DNA of 64,000 nucleotides from a bacterium. Lineage in GTDB: Bacteria; Desulfobacterota; DSWW01. Made by a program: the position numbers and the translations under genes. Below the pieces are notes generated by a model. It made no database searches and was not told the DNA's origin. It worked only from the letters and a program-made list of their open reading frames with translations. The first letter of the stretch is position 1, and each line of letters begins with the position of its first letter. The stretch lies in assembly GCA_040756235.1 (NCBI GenBank), contig JBFLZG010000080.1, positions 1-64,000 on the forward strand, given 5' to 3'. Positions 28,102 through 38,172 of the stretch are shown here, one piece after another.

Positions 28102-29818
28102 GATCTTTCAGGATCTCCAGGATCCGTTCGCTGGCCTCTTTCACGGCAACCACCATGGCCTCCCGCTCGGTGCGGAGCTTGATCTCGACTCTGTCTTGCT
28201 GAAGCTGTTTCGGGCCTACGGTGATCCGCAGCGGGATGCCGATCAGGTCGGCGTCCTTGAACTTCTTGCCGGGCCTCTCGTCGCGGTCATCCAGCAGGAC
28301 CTCGACTCCCTTGCCGCAGAGCTCCCGGTAGAGCGCTTCGCTCACGAGCCGGACTTTCTCTTCCGCGGGATTCACGGACGTGATGATGACGGAGAAGGGC
28401 GACAGCGGAAGGGGAAACCGGATCCCGTCCTGGTCGTGCCTCTGCTCGATCGCGGCCGCCAGGGTGCGCCCGATGCCGATGCCGTAGCATCCCATGCAGA
28501 CGGGCCGCTCCTTGCCTTCCGCGTCCAGATAGGTCGCGTGGAGCGCTTCGCTGTACTTGGTCCCCAGCATAAAGACGTGGCCCACTTCGATGCCCCTCCG
28601 CTTCTCCATGGCCGCTCCGCAGCGCGGACAGGGGTCCCCCGTATCGGCGATCCGCAGGTCGGCGTACCGAGGCTCCCGCAGGTCGCGGCGCGCATCGAAG
28701 TGCAGCAGGTGATAGTCGATTCGATTCGCGCCCACCACGGCGTCTCTCAGATCCCGGACCTCCTGGTCGGCCACCACCGGGAGAGAGAGCCCGACCGGGC
28801 CGACATATCCGGCCGGAACCCCGAGGGCCCGCTCCACGTCTTCGGGAGGGGCGAGGGCGACCGTGCCGCTGCTGCCGAGAAGCTTGCCTACCTTGTGCTC
28901 GTTGGCTTCGCGGTCGCCTCGCACGAGCACCAGCACGTCCCCTCGGTCGGTCCGGTAGAGCAAGGTCTTCACCAGACAGGAGGGCGGCACCCCGAGAAAA
29001 CGGGTCACCTCCTCGATCGTTCTTTTCCCCTTGGTGAGCACCGGCTCCAGCGCGGGAGCAGGACCGGCCGGCTGCGGTTGCCGTTCTCCATCGGTCTCGA
29101 GCCGGATCTCGGCTTTCTCCGAGTTGGCCGCATAGTCGCAGGAGGTGCAAAACAGGATGGCGTCCTCGCCGCTGTCGGCCAGCACCATGAACTCATGCGA
29201 AAAGCTGCCCCCGATGTAGCCGGTCTCGGCTTCCACCGCCCGGAAGTCCAGCCCCATTCGTTCGAAGATGCGTTTGTAGGCCTCGTACATGACCCAATAG
29301 CTCTTTTCGGCTCCTTCCGGGTCCAGGTCGAAGCTGTAGGCGTCCTTCATGATGAACTCGCGGCCCCGCATGAGACCGAACCGGGGCCGGATCTCGTCGC
29401 GGAACTTCGTCTGGATCTGGTACAACGTGAAGGGGAGGTCCCGGTAGGAGCGGACGTCTCGCCGCACGAGGTCCGTCACTACCTCCTCGTGGGTGGGACC
29501 GTAGCAGAATTCGCGCTCGTGTCGATCCTTGAAACGCAGCAGCTCCGGCCCCATGATGGCCCACCTGCCCGTCTCCTGCCACAGCTCGGCAGGCTGAACG
29601 CTCGGCAGAAGCACCTCCTGCGCCCCCGCCCGGTTCATCTCCTGCCGCACGATCTCCTCCACTTTGCGCAGCGAGCGCAGCCCCAGGGGCAGATACGAGT
29701 ACACGCCGGAAGCGAGCTTCCGGATCATGCCGGCGCGCAGCAGGTATTGATGGCTGACGACCTCCGCCTCTGCGGGGACCTCCCTCAGGGTGGGCAGAAA
29801 CATCCTCGAATATCGCAT
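28082..29818 (-). CDS. proS: Proline--tRNA ligase (bacterial type with INS editing domain)
   Basis: [88 protein letters not shown]. Confidence 0.98.
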   Translation of the reverse strand: MRYSRMFLPTLREVPAEAEVVSHQYLLRAGMIRKLASGVYSYLPLGLRSLRKVEEIVRQEMNRAGAQEVLLPSVQPAELWQETGRWAIMGPELLRFKDRHEREFCYGPTHEEVVTDLVRRDVRSYRDLPFTLYQIQTKFRDEIRPRFGLMRGREFIMKDAYSFDLDPEGAEKSYWVMYEAYKRIFERMGLDFRAVEAETGYIGGSFSHEFMVLADSGEDAILFCTSCDYAANSEKAEIRLETDGERQPQPAGPAPALEPVLTKGKRTIEEVTRFLGVPPSCLVKTLLYRTDRGDVLVLVRGDREANEHKVGKLLGSSGTVALAPPEDVERALGVPAGYVGPVGLSLPVVADQEVRDLRDAVVGANRIDYHLLHFDARRDLREPRYADLRIADTGDPCPRCGAAMEKRRGIEVGHVFMLGTKYSEALHATYLDAEGKERPVCMGCYGIGIGRTLAAAIEQRHDQDGIRFPLPLSPFSVIITSVNPAEEKVRLVSEALYRELCGKGVEVLLDDRDERPGKKFKDADLIGIPLRITVGPKQLQQDRVEIKLRTEREAMVVAVKEASERILEILKDHARAPA

Positions 29819-29839
29819 CCCTCAACTCCTTCCGTCCTA

Positions 29840-30073
29840 GAGGCTGTCGATAAACGGCCATCTGCGGCGTTGCGCTCAGGGGGAATGGAGGCTGGGAAAG
29901 CCTGCCCCGGCGAAGGCCGGGGTCCACTGTGCCTCCCGGTTACGCCTCATTCCTCAGGATTTGTCCTTCCAAGGGTCGGACACCCCATCCTTCGGATGGG
30001 TCCCCATTTTCGCGCGCCTTGCATCTGGGCATTTCTCACCAGCCTCTCTAGAGGGTGTTTTTCGACACCCCTC
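29840..30073. mobile_element. MITE-like element, family A, copy 4 (diverged, with extra hairpins), overlapping the 3' end of the flippase-like gene
   Basis: GAGGCTGTCGATAAACGGCCATCTGCGGCGTTGCGCTC...TACGCCTCATTCCTCAGGATTT...GCGCCTTGCATCTGGGCATTTC...AGCCTC...TTTTTCGACACCCCTC. Confidence 0.75.
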
Positions 30074-31150
30074 CTCCGAGAGGAGGCTCTGCTCCGAGGC
30101 GGCCGCCCCTTTCCCGGTCCGGGACAGCTCGCGGGCCCTGGCGAAGAGTTCCGAGAAAGAGAGGTTGTCCCGCAACAGAAAGAACAACCCCACAAGGAAG
30201 ATCGAGCCCATTGTGACGAACCAGTTGACCATGGAAAAGCTCGCGGCAACGGATCGCTCCAATCCGTACAAGTCGGCCAGCACAAAGGTGATTCCGAACT
30301 GGAAAGGTCCCAGATACCCGGGGGTCGGCATGATCGAGATCAGGACACAGGTGACGACCATGAGGGTGAAGACCGAGTCCAAGGGCAACAAAGGGTGGAT
30401 CCCGTAGGCCCAGTAGAACGGGTAATAGGTCAGGCACAGGACCGTCCAGAGAAGCGCGGAAAGCAGGATCGACAGAGCAATCCCGCGCGCATCTCTCAGG
30501 ATGCCGAGGCCGGCCGTAAAGGATTCCAGGGCCTCCTCGATGCCGCTGCGAAATCTGGGCGGCAGAACGCCGGTCAGCGCGCGGACCAGCCTGAAAGCCG
30601 TGTCGCGCTTGAGGAGAAGCAGCATACAGAAGAAAACGATCCCGGCCACGCCGACAAGGCTCAAGACGCCGAAGGTCCGCATGTATCCGGACACTTCGAC
30701 CGCTTCGGCCTGGCCCCCGCGGGGGACGAAGGCGACCGGATTCCAGACGAGCAGACATCCGAACAGGCAGAGAACGGAAATCATGTCGAAGAGCCGCTCG
30801 ACCACAATCGTACCCAGAGAGGCAGAGAAAGAAATCTCCTCCCGCTTGCCGAACAGATAGGCCCGGATGAACTCGCCCGCCCTGAGAGGCAGCAGGTTTC
30901 CCATGAACCCGATCATCATGGGCGAGTACAGGCGCCGGACCGGGACCGGCTTCAGAGCCTTGCAGAAGAAATGCCACCTGAGGGCCCTGATCGAGAAAGC
31001 GGCAGCGAACAGGACGAGGGCCACCAACACGTAACCGTATCGGAGATGGACGAGGGATGTTGCGATTTCCGCCAGCGAGACGTCGCGGAACGTGAAATAG
31101 AGCGCAACCCCGGCCACAAGGAGTCCCAGGACCAGACTTCTGATTCTCAA
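29954..31150 (-). CDS. Lysylphosphatidylglycerol-synthase TM / flippase-like (UPF0104) membrane protein
   Basis: IRALRW, IGFMGNLLPLRAGEFIRAY, TIVVERLFD, PTPGYLGPFQ. TTG start after GGGGAAG is inferred. Confidence 0.88.
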   Translation of the reverse strand: MRIRSLVLGLLVAGVALYFTFRDVSLAEIATSLVHLRYGYVLVALVLFAAAFSIRALRWHFFCKALKPVPVRRLYSPMMIGFMGNLLPLRAGEFIRAYLFGKREEISFSASLGTIVVERLFDMISVLCLFGCLLVWNPVAFVPRGGQAEAVEVSGYMRTFGVLSLVGVAGIVFFCMLLLLKRDTAFRLVRALTGVLPPRFRSGIEEALESFTAGLGILRDARGIALSILLSALLWTVLCLTYYPFYWAYGIHPLLPLDSVFTLMVVTCVLISIMPTPGYLGPFQFGITFVLADLYGLERSVAASFSMVNWFVTMGSIFLVGLFFLLRDNLSFSELFARARELSRTGKGAAASEQSLLSEEGCRKTPSREAGEKCPDARRAKMGTHPKDGVSDPWKDKS

Positions 31151-31341
31151 CGGCTTCCCCCTGAAAGATCTTTCCTGCCTTGAGCACAGTCTACAAAACC
31201 TAAATAAGGGCATGGAAAAAAGCAAGGGAAGCCCCTTTTCCTGAAGGCTGGTCAGAAACTGCAGGGCGAAGCGCGCAGTGCGCCGACAAGGCTCTGGGGA
31301 AGGTTTGTCCGGGATGACAAACATGAGAGGCACTCTTCTCT

Positions 31342-31452
31342 GTCATTCCGGCGCAGGCCGGAATCCAGTCCCTGCGTCCCGCCATTGCCGCTGTTCCGAT
31401 GCACCCTTCCGGATCCCGGCTCACACGCGCTGCGCACATGGGCCGCGATGAC
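31342..31452 (-). repeat. Family B palindromic repeat copy
   Basis: Reverse complement matches 6701-6812 (GGCCCATGTGCG.AGCGCGTG..AGCCGGGATCC.GAAGGGTGCA...GCAGGGACTGGATTCCGGCCTGCGCCGGAATGAC). Confidence 0.8.
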
Positions 31453-31496
31453 GAAAACGACGGAGCCCGCGCATCATTCCGTCCGAGCAGTGGGGC

Positions 31497-33432
31497 ATCG
31501 GGTAGCCGGGGCGGTTGCCCGCCCCTGGCTCCCACACCACCGTACGTACCGTCCGGTATACGGCGGTTCACGAGAAACGCACGAGTCTGCGGTGCTCCTC
31601 AAGAAGGCTGAGTAAACCCATGGACCGCAAGAGTGAAGTCGGCACAGCCTGGTGCATGTGGCTGGCCCCAGCATTCCACCACGGCCCGTGGCCGTTGTAG
31701 GCAGAGACCGCCGCACGCTCCTCATCCAGCCCGAGCTTGGCCATTTCCTTGCGACGGGTCCGGGGGCGCTTCCACTGCCGCCACAAGGCGGCGCGCAGCT
31801 TCCGTCTTATCCATCCGTCCAGTCCCTCGAAACTGGCCTTGACCTCACTCATCCGGTAATAAGCTACCCAGCCGCGCAGCACGACGCTGAGCTCCTGGCA
31901 GACACGCCTGAGGTTACGTCCCCGTGCGTGTCTGAACAGGGTGTGAAGTTTGGCCTGAAGCCGTTTGACCGACTCCGGAGCCACCTTCAACTTGGGTTCC
32001 TGGTGCATGGTCACGCTGTACCCCAAAAACTTCCGCTTCCACGGTCGGTCTACAGCGCTCTTTTCCCGGTTGATCCGCAACCGCAGCCGCTTCCAAAGGA
32101 AACGTTCCAGCGATGCCATCACCCGCTCACCCGCTCGCTTCGAGGCCACGTACACGTTGGCATCATCCGCATAGCGGGCAAACCGGTGCCCCCGGCCTTC
32201 TACCTCCTTATCCAGCTCGTCGAGCAGGATATTGCTTAGAAGCGGTGAAAGGGGTCCCCCTTGCGGAGTCCCTTCCACCCGGGGCGACACCAGCCCGCCT
32301 TCCATCGCTCCCGCCTGCAAATACCGGCGGATCAACAGAAGCACCCGTCTGTCCTTCACCCGTCTGGCCACCCGTGCCATCAGCACGTCGTGGTTCACAC
32401 GGTCGAAGAATTTTTCGAGGTCCAGATCTACGACCCATCGATATCCCGCGGCCATGTGCTGTCGGGCTCGCCGTACCGCATCATGGGCGCTTCGGCCCGG
32501 TCGGAAGCCGTAGCTGTCCGCCGAGAACGTGGGATCGAAGATGGGCGTGAGCACCTGGAGCAGGGCCTGCTGGATCAAACGGTCCAGCACCGTCGGAATC
32601 CCCAGCGCTCGCGTCCCCTTCCCCGCCGGCTTGGGTATCTCTACCCGCCGTACCGGTTCCGGTTCATACCTGCCGCTGAGCAACTCCTCCCGAATCCGCG
32701 CCCAGTGCTCCCGGCAGTGCGGCATCAGTTCCTCGACGGTCATTCCGTCGATCCCTGGAGCCCCCCCGTTTTGCACCACGCGCCGGTATGCGGCCCTAAG
32801 ATTCTCTCGCGCGCATACCTTCTCCATGAGACCCGCATCCCCGTCCCCGGCTCTTCCGTCGCATGCCGTGCCCGCTTGGCGCGCTCGACCCCTACCGTCG
32901 GCGGTTCCGCCGCCTGCTCTCCGGGCTCGCTCCGGCCTCTCAGCCCTCTTGGCTGCGCCTCCCTCAGGCATCGAATGCTCCAGTGCCGGTTCGGCTCCTC
33001 GTGTTCGGCCCTTCACCGCCATGCGCGGCGGCTACTATGGCCTCGGCTGACTTCTGCCCGCCCGTCGCCACACCTTTCGGTGTGACTAGCCTTGCGGCAG
33101 GCTGAGCAGATCTCCCGGGGTAAGACGCGTGACCTTCGCCCCATCCATCCGCCGCATCTACGCTCGCCAAGTCCGGGTGACTGCGGGCTTCGGGTCGATT
33201 TGCCCCCTCGCCCACCCGGCGAACGCCTCGTATGCGGTTCGTGTTCCTCGGACCGGGGCTTTGCCTCCAGCTTCCTTCCCACCCTACCTCGCGGTAGCGC
33301 AGTTGCTGTTCGGCTAAGGGTACCCGTCACCTGGGCCCCTAGAGGACTTTCACCTCCAAGTCACTTCCCGGTTCGCTTTCGCTCACCGGTTTACAGCGCC
33401 GCTCACGGCGCTGCGCGCCGTGCCCGGCGCAC
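31497..33432 (-). mobile_element. Group II intron, bacterial class C (IIC)
   Basis: 5' end GTGCG at 33432, directly after a stem-loop. Domain V GAACCGCCGTATACCGGACGGTACGTACGGTGGT with a CGC triad, domain VI, 3' end CCCGAT at 31497. Contains the RT ORF. Confidence 0.93.
31568..33022 (-). CDS. ltrA: Group II intron reverse transcriptase/maturase, no endonuclease domain
   Basis: GAPGIDG, IPK..G.TR.LGIPTVLDRLIQQA, SYGFRPGRSAHDA, DLDLEKFFDRVNHD, GTPQGGPLSPLLSNI.LD, RYADD, FLGY, GWVAYY maturase domain. The true start may be further downstream. Confidence 0.95.
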   Translation of the reverse strand: MAVKGRTRGAEPALEHSMPEGGAAKRAERPERARRAGGGTADGRGRARQAGTACDGRAGDGDAGLMEKVCARENLRAAYRRVVQNGGAPGIDGMTVEELMPHCREHWARIREELLSGRYEPEPVRRVEIPKPAGKGTRALGIPTVLDRLIQQALLQVLTPIFDPTFSADSYGFRPGRSAHDAVRRARQHMAAGYRWVVDLDLEKFFDRVNHDVLMARVARRVKDRRVLLLIRRYLQAGAMEGGLVSPRVEGTPQGGPLSPLLSNILLDELDKEVEGRGHRFARYADDANVYVASKRAGERVMASLERFLWKRLRLRINREKSAVDRPWKRKFLGYSVTMHQEPKLKVAPESVKRLQAKLHTLFRHARGRNLRRVCQELSVVLRGWVAYYRMSEVKASFEGLDGWIRRKLRAALWRQWKRPRTRRKEMAKLGLDEERAAVSAYNGHGPWWNAGASHMHQAVPTSLLRSMGLLSLLEEHRRLVRFS

Positions 33433-33439
33433 AAATGCA

Positions 33440-33470
33440 GAAGGCCGCCTTCTGGTGAAGGGCGGCCTTC
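33440..33470 (-). terminator. Stem-loop (terminator-like) downstream of comEA, the IIC intron target
   Basis: GAAGGCCGCC...GGCGGCCTTC stem followed on the minus strand by TGCATTT and then the intron 5' GTGCG. Confidence 0.75.
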
Positions 33471-33540
33471 CGTGACGCATGCGCACGTCGTGCTTACCGG
33501 TGCGCGCGAGCAGGTCCTCGAGCCAGCTCGGGCAGGATCC

Positions 33541-33837
33541 CTACTTGACCGTGATCAGGGGCCTCAGCTGCTCGAAGTTCTTGTCTCCGATCCCCTGGAC
33601 CCCTTTGAGATCCTCCACGGCCTTGAAGGGCCCGTTCTTCTGGCGGTAGTCGATGATCCGCTCGGCCATCTTCTCGCCGACCTTGGGCAGCTGAACGAGC
33701 TCGTCAGCTGCGGCCGTATTGATGTTGACCGCCTTGGTCTTCTCCGGCCCTGCCGCCTGTGCAAGGGCAAGCGGAGAAGTCCAGGCCAGGAGCAACAGGA
33801 ACGCGGCCAGGCACAGGAGCGTCTTTCGAGTTCTCAT
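33541..33837 (-). CDS. comEA: ComEA-family helix-hairpin-helix DNA-binding protein
   Basis: Signal peptide, VNINTA..DEL..LPKVGEKMAERIIDYR..NGPFK.VEDL..V.GIGDK. Confidence 0.93.
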   Translation of the reverse strand: MRTRKTLLCLAAFLLLLAWTSPLALAQAAGPEKTKAVNINTAAADELVQLPKVGEKMAERIIDYRQKNGPFKAVEDLKGVQGIGDKNFEQLRPLITVK

Positions 33838-33895
33838 CCTTCTTCCTCCTCTGATTGAAATTGGGGCCAGACACCGAACCGATGGCCGGATGCAA

Positions 33896-33911
33896 GGCAA
33901 CTGCTGTGCCG
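33896..33911 (-). promoter_or_regulatory. Possible sigma54 promoter of comEA
   Basis: Minus strand CGGCAC-AGCAG-TTGCC, about 60 nt upstream of the ATG. Confidence 0.4.
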
Positions 33912-34146
33912 GCGCCCTGGGCCGGTCGCGGGCGCAGCGTGCACTCACTCGAAATTCCATCAGAATTCGGGGCGGTCCCGGTCTCCGGCCAGGCGCGGCA
34001 GCGCTCCTGGAGCGGCCATATGACCGGCGTCCTATGCGGCAGATCCTTCACACCGGAAAGCAGCGGGACCGGGTTTTTCGATAGTCCGCGACCCGCTTAC
34101 GAGAAAGAGGGACCCCTTTCCACAGCCGTGTACCGGAGGTCACGGG

Positions 34147-34296
34147 GAGCCTTCTGGAAACGAATCCTGTACAGGCTGTTCAAAAATGCCCAGATGCAAG
34201 GCAGGCGAAGTTCTGAGGAATGAGGCGTACATGTAGGTACGCCGCAATGACGAAGAACGAGTCGAACGCAGCAGATGGGTGTTTTTCAACAGCCTG
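34147..34296. mobile_element. MITE-like element, family A, copy 5 (inverted orientation), abutting the stop codon of the CDP-alcohol transferase gene
   Basis: CAGGCTGTTCAAAAATGCCCAGATGCAAGGC...CTGAGGAATGAGGCGTACATG..GTACGCCGCAATGAC...GCAGATGGGTGTTTTTCAACAGCCTG. Confidence 0.8.
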
Positions 34297-35232
34297 TCAG
34301 GGCTGGGCCTTCTTCCGGTCCGCGCCATGCTGATCCTGGAGCTGGCGCATCACGTAGACCATCCGGGAGAAAGCCGTGGCGTTGGACAGGATGGCGATGA
34401 CGAAGAGGATGAACCCCATGAGGTAGGGGCCGGCGTCCAGGCCGAGAGTCCCGCGGAGCATGTGGAGGATGGAGCTGAACATGGCCCCGAATCCGAGAAA
34501 CACGACCCGCTCGGGCCGCTGCATCATGCCCACCTTGCAGGTGATCCCGAGGCCTTCGGCCCGGGCGCGGGTGTAGCTCACCATGAGGGATCCGCCGAGG
34601 CCCAGGAGGATGACGTAGAAGAGGATCGAATCACGGAAATGCGCGGCGAGCCCCAGGAAGATGAGGATCTCGCTGTAACGGTCCATGACCGAGTCGAAGA
34701 AGGCGCCGCGGCTGGAAACCGTGCCGGTCTTTCGTGCGATCCGGCCGTCCAGGATATCCAAGGTCCCGCCGAGCAGGATCACCATGCCGGCCAGGAACAG
34801 CCAGCCCGAGAACAGAAAGACGCAGCCGATCAGGTTGAAGCCGAAGGACAGGGCCGTGATGTAGTTCGGGTTCCACTGTTTCCGGGCCAGGTAGTTCTCG
34901 AGCGGGTAGAGCACGGAGATCCACCAGGCCTGGATCTCGGCTCCCAGGATCCTTTCCGGTCTCTTGGCCCTGTCGGCCGCAGGCGCGTCCGCGCTGCGCC
35001 TGCGCGCGAACTTGAAGATGGCGATGGACACGAGACCGCCGGAGAGAATCAACCCGATCAGCAGGATCCCGAATTTCGTATCCAAGGCAGGTTGAAAGCG
35101 GCCGAGCTCCTGAAGGCCACCCAACAAGATGAGCGCCGCAATCGTGCTCCAGGCGATGAAGGCCGGAAGCGGCACAGGTTCCAGCGAGGCCTTCTTGGTC
35201 ATGCGCTTGCGGGAGAACATTCGTCTTGCCAT
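34297..35232 (-). CDS. CDP-alcohol phosphatidyltransferase (PI/PIP-synthase-like) with an N-terminal extra TM hairpin
   Basis: NPNYIT, DILDGRIAR...GAFFDSVMDR signature, SLMVSYTRARAEGLG, G.MQRPER. Confidence 0.9.
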   Translation of the reverse strand: MARRMFSRKRMTKKASLEPVPLPAFIAWSTIAALILLGGLQELGRFQPALDTKFGILLIGLILSGGLVSIAIFKFARRRSADAPAADRAKRPERILGAEIQAWWISVLYPLENYLARKQWNPNYITALSFGFNLIGCVFLFSGWLFLAGMVILLGGTLDILDGRIARKTGTVSSRGAFFDSVMDRYSEILIFLGLAAHFRDSILFYVILLGLGGSLMVSYTRARAEGLGITCKVGMMQRPERVVFLGFGAMFSSILHMLRGTLGLDAGPYLMGFILFVIAILSNATAFSRMVYVMRQLQDQHGADRKKAQP

Positions 35233-35391
35233 GATTCCACCGGGACAGCCTTGCAGTGGCTTCATATATTATATCAGCCAGCATACCACAAGAGGACCCA
35301 GCGAAGAAAATCGGCTTCGCCCCTGGCTCGCCCCGAGCCAGGCAAACGGGCACGGGGGTGAAAGGGCAGATAGGACTGCCGGCCCGGCCGC

Positions 35392-35814
35392 CTACCGGCC
35401 AAGCGCTTCCTCCAGACGCATGGCGTGCTCCTGCTCCGCAGCCAGGATCTGCCGCAGCTGCTGCGCCAGATGGAACAGCTTCAGCTCTTCCGCCTCTTGG
35501 ATGCGCTGCACGTATCTGCGGATAGCCTCGTTCTCCTCCTCGAGCTCGACCTGCAGCATGGTTTCATTGTCCCGGGACGTCCTGACCTGGTAGAGATCGG
35601 CGACGGGAGTACCTCTCAGGTAATGGATCTGCGCCGCCAGCGCGATCGCGTGCCGGACCTCTTCGCCGGCGCGGACCACCAGCTCCTTGCGGATCCCCAT
35701 GTGGGCCGCACCCGTCATCACGGCGCTGTGCTGCACGTACTGGACGGCTGCCGTGTATTCCCAGCGGAGATCCTCGTTGAGTCTTTCGATCAGCTCCTGC
35801 GTGGTGATGGACAT
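35392..35814 (-). CDS. Bacterioferritin/ferritin-like protein
   Basis: LNEDL.WEY.A.VQY..H, EE.RHA, E.EAIRRY, EQEH diiron-type motifs. Confidence 0.88.
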   Translation of the reverse strand: MSITTQELIERLNEDLRWEYTAAVQYVQHSAVMTGAAHMGIRKELVVRAGEEVRHAIALAAQIHYLRGTPVADLYQVRTSRDNETMLQVELEEENEAIRRYVQRIQEAEELKLFHLAQQLRQILAAEQEHAMRLEEALGR

Positions 35815-35969
35815 GGTCTGCTCCCTCTGCTCGCATGGGACAGCATTTTATCAGAGGCAGCCGCGGTATCAAGGTAAAGACGTGCCCGTTTACACCCAAT
35901 CCTCGATTCTATATCATGGCTGCTACCCTTGAATGATGCTGCAATTTCTTGCCGGATGCCGTACGCCCC

Positions 35970-36536
35970 GTGAAAGTCCTCGTGATCGATAATTACGATT
36001 CCTTCACCTACAACCTCGTCCAGGCCCTGGGCAAAGCGGGTTGCACCGTTCTCGTCCGCCGCAACGACGCCGTTGCCCTGACGGAGGTGGAGCAGCTCCG
36101 GCCGGACCGGATCGTGGTCTCTCCGGGACCCAAGCGCCCGGCCGACGCAGGCATTTCCCGCAGCGTCATCGAGACTTTCGGCCCCCGCATCCCGCTGCTC
36201 GGCGTCTGCCTGGGGATGCAGTGCATGAACGAAGTCTTCGGAGGTCGGACCACCAATGCGCCCGTTTGCGTGCACGGCAAGACCTCGAAGATCTTCCATG
36301 TAGGGGCCGGGCTTTACCGGGGCCTCCCGAATCCTTTCGACGGCGCGCGCTATCACTCTTTGGTGGCCGACTGCATACCCGACTGCCTCCTTTTGGAGGC
36401 GTGGACCGGGGACCGTGTTCCCATGGGGCTCAGGCACCGCAGATATCCGGTTGTGGGCGTTCAGTTTCATCCGGAGTCGTTCCTCACCCACGGGGGAGAG
36501 ATCCTGTTGGGGAATTTCCTTCACGAGCTCTACTGA
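35970..36536 (+). CDS. pabA: Aminodeoxychorismate/anthranilate synthase glutamine amidotransferase component
   Basis: IDNYDSFTYNL, SPGP, LGVCLG.Q, HGK, RYHSL, GVQFHPES. Confidence 0.92.
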   Translation: MKVLVIDNYDSFTYNLVQALGKAGCTVLVRRNDAVALTEVEQLRPDRIVVSPGPKRPADAGISRSVIETFGPRIPLLGVCLGMQCMNEVFGGRTTNAPVCVHGKTSKIFHVGAGLYRGLPNPFDGARYHSLVADCIPDCLLLEAWTGDRVPMGLRHRRYPVVGVQFHPESFLTHGGEILLGNFLHELY

Positions 36537-36575
36537 GCGCATGCCCGGCCACAGCCCGAGCGAAAGTGTCCTGCC

Positions 36576-38054
36576 GTGACCGATCCTTTGAGCACACTCG
36601 ATCTGCCGGCCCGTCCCGAAGGCGTCTTGGAGCTGGACTGCGGCCCTTCGCGGGTCCCGCCCGAGCAGCTCTTTCCGCTTCTGGCCGGTGGACCTCACGC
36701 GGGCCTGCTCCTCAGCGGCGGCTGTCACCCGCTGAGCCGCTTTTCCTTCATCGGGCTGGATCCCTTTCTGGTCCTGACTTCCCGGGGCAGGCAGATCATG
36801 CTGGAGCTGCCGCCCGAGGGTCGGACCGGGAAGGTGGAGGGAGACCCGTTCGAGATTCTCAGAAGCGTGCTGGATCTTTGCCGGCTGAGGGAAGCCCCGG
36901 CCCCGGGGGCGCCTCCCTTTCGGGCAGGCGGCATCGGCTACCTGAGCTACGAGCTCGGGCGGCACATCGAGCGGCTGCCCGCTACGACCCTGGATGACCT
37001 GGAGCTGCCGGAGCTGTACTTCGCCTTCTATCGGACCATCCTCTGCCACGACCGCGAGAGCAGCTCTTACAAGCTCTTCTGCCTCCAGCAGCCGGGGCGG
37101 CCGGACGCGCTGCAAGCGCAGGCTCCAGCCTGGCGCGGCCGGATCTCGCGCCTTCTCGAATCAGCGGCAAGAAAGAGGGGCCGATATCGGCGGAGCGATC
37201 TCGCCCCCGACCTGCAGTCCGACTTCACCAAGCTCGACTACCTGGCCGCCGTCCGCCGCGCTCTCGACTACATCCGGGAGGGGGACATCTACCAGGTGAA
37301 TCTCTCGCAACGGTTCCGCGGCCGCTACAGCGGCGACTCCTACGGGCTCTTCCTCAAGCTCTTCGAGATCAACCCGGCTCCGTTTTTCGCCTACCTCGAT
37401 CCCGGACCCTTCCAGGTGATCTGCTCCTCGCCCGAGCGGTTCTTCAAGGTGGAAGCCGGCCGCGTGGAGACGCGCCCGATCAAAGGCACCCTGCCGCGCG
37501 GCAGCACGGCGGATCAGGATGCCCGCTACCGGCAGGAGCTGCTGCGGAGCGCCAAGAACCTGGCCGAGCTCGCCATGATCACCGACCTGCTACGCAACGA
37601 CCTGGGCCGCGTATGCGCGTACGGGTCGGTGCGCGTCGAGGACTTTCCCCGGCTGGAGGCCTACACGAACGTGTTCCACCTGGTCAGCATCGTGAGCGGC
37701 ACGCTGGCCCCGGGCCGCAACGGGATCGACCTTCTCAGGGCCGCCTTTCCCGGAGGCTCCATCACCGGGTGCCCCAAGATCCGCTCCATGGAGATCATCG
37801 ACGAGCTCGAGCCGACGGCCCGATCGGTGTACACGGGGGCGATCGGATACGTCGGCTTCGACGGGTCCATGGACCTCAACGTCGCCATTCGCACGCTCAT
37901 CCGCAAGGGGGGGGAGATCTTCTACCAGGTGGGGGGCGGAATCGTGTTCGACTCGGATCCGGAATCCGAATACGAGGAGACTCTCCACAAGGCGGCCTCC
38001 ATCCGGGACGCGGTCCTGGCTACGGCGCCCGGACGAAGGCGTGACAACCCGTGA
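36576..38054 (+). CDS. pabB: Aminodeoxychorismate synthase component I
   Basis: GDIYQVNLSQR, SSPERF, TRPIKGT (PabB Lys), MITDLLRNDLG, FPGGSITGCPK.R.M, GGGIV.DS. Confidence 0.93.
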   Translation: MTDPLSTLDLPARPEGVLELDCGPSRVPPEQLFPLLAGGPHAGLLLSGGCHPLSRFSFIGLDPFLVLTSRGRQIMLELPPEGRTGKVEGDPFEILRSVLDLCRLREAPAPGAPPFRAGGIGYLSYELGRHIERLPATTLDDLELPELYFAFYRTILCHDRESSSYKLFCLQQPGRPDALQAQAPAWRGRISRLLESAARKRGRYRRSDLAPDLQSDFTKLDYLAAVRRALDYIREGDIYQVNLSQRFRGRYSGDSYGLFLKLFEINPAPFFAYLDPGPFQVICSSPERFFKVEAGRVETRPIKGTLPRGSTADQDARYRQELLRSAKNLAELAMITDLLRNDLGRVCAYGSVRVEDFPRLEAYTNVFHLVSIVSGTLAPGRNGIDLLRAAFPGGSITGCPKIRSMEIIDELEPTARSVYTGAIGYVGFDGSMDLNVAIRTLIRKGGEIFYQVGGGIVFDSDPESEYEETLHKAASIRDAVLATAPGRRRDNP

Positions 38055-38093
38055 CCCGGCGAGCTCGAATACCGCGGCCCAATCGCGTGCGCA

Positions 38094-38118
38094 GGGGCGT
38101 ATGGCCATACGCCCCTAC
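38094..38118. repeat. GTAG-type REP-like palindrome
   Basis: GGGGCGTATGGCCATACGCCCCTAC. Related copies at ~60-84, 14562-14586, 18610-18631, 18674-18701, 43085-43109, 43139-43162 and 60646-60675. Confidence 0.75.
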
Positions 38119-38172
38119 TTGCGGGTAGGGTGGAGCCATCCAATATTGGAGAACCCGAGAAGGAGATTTTCC

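Noticed and set aside
31568..33022. RT as a retron, DGR, CRISPR-associated or defence RT
   Set aside because: It has a maturase domain and is enclosed by canonical group II intron boundaries and DV/DVI. No TR/VR pair, msr-msd or cas genes were seen.
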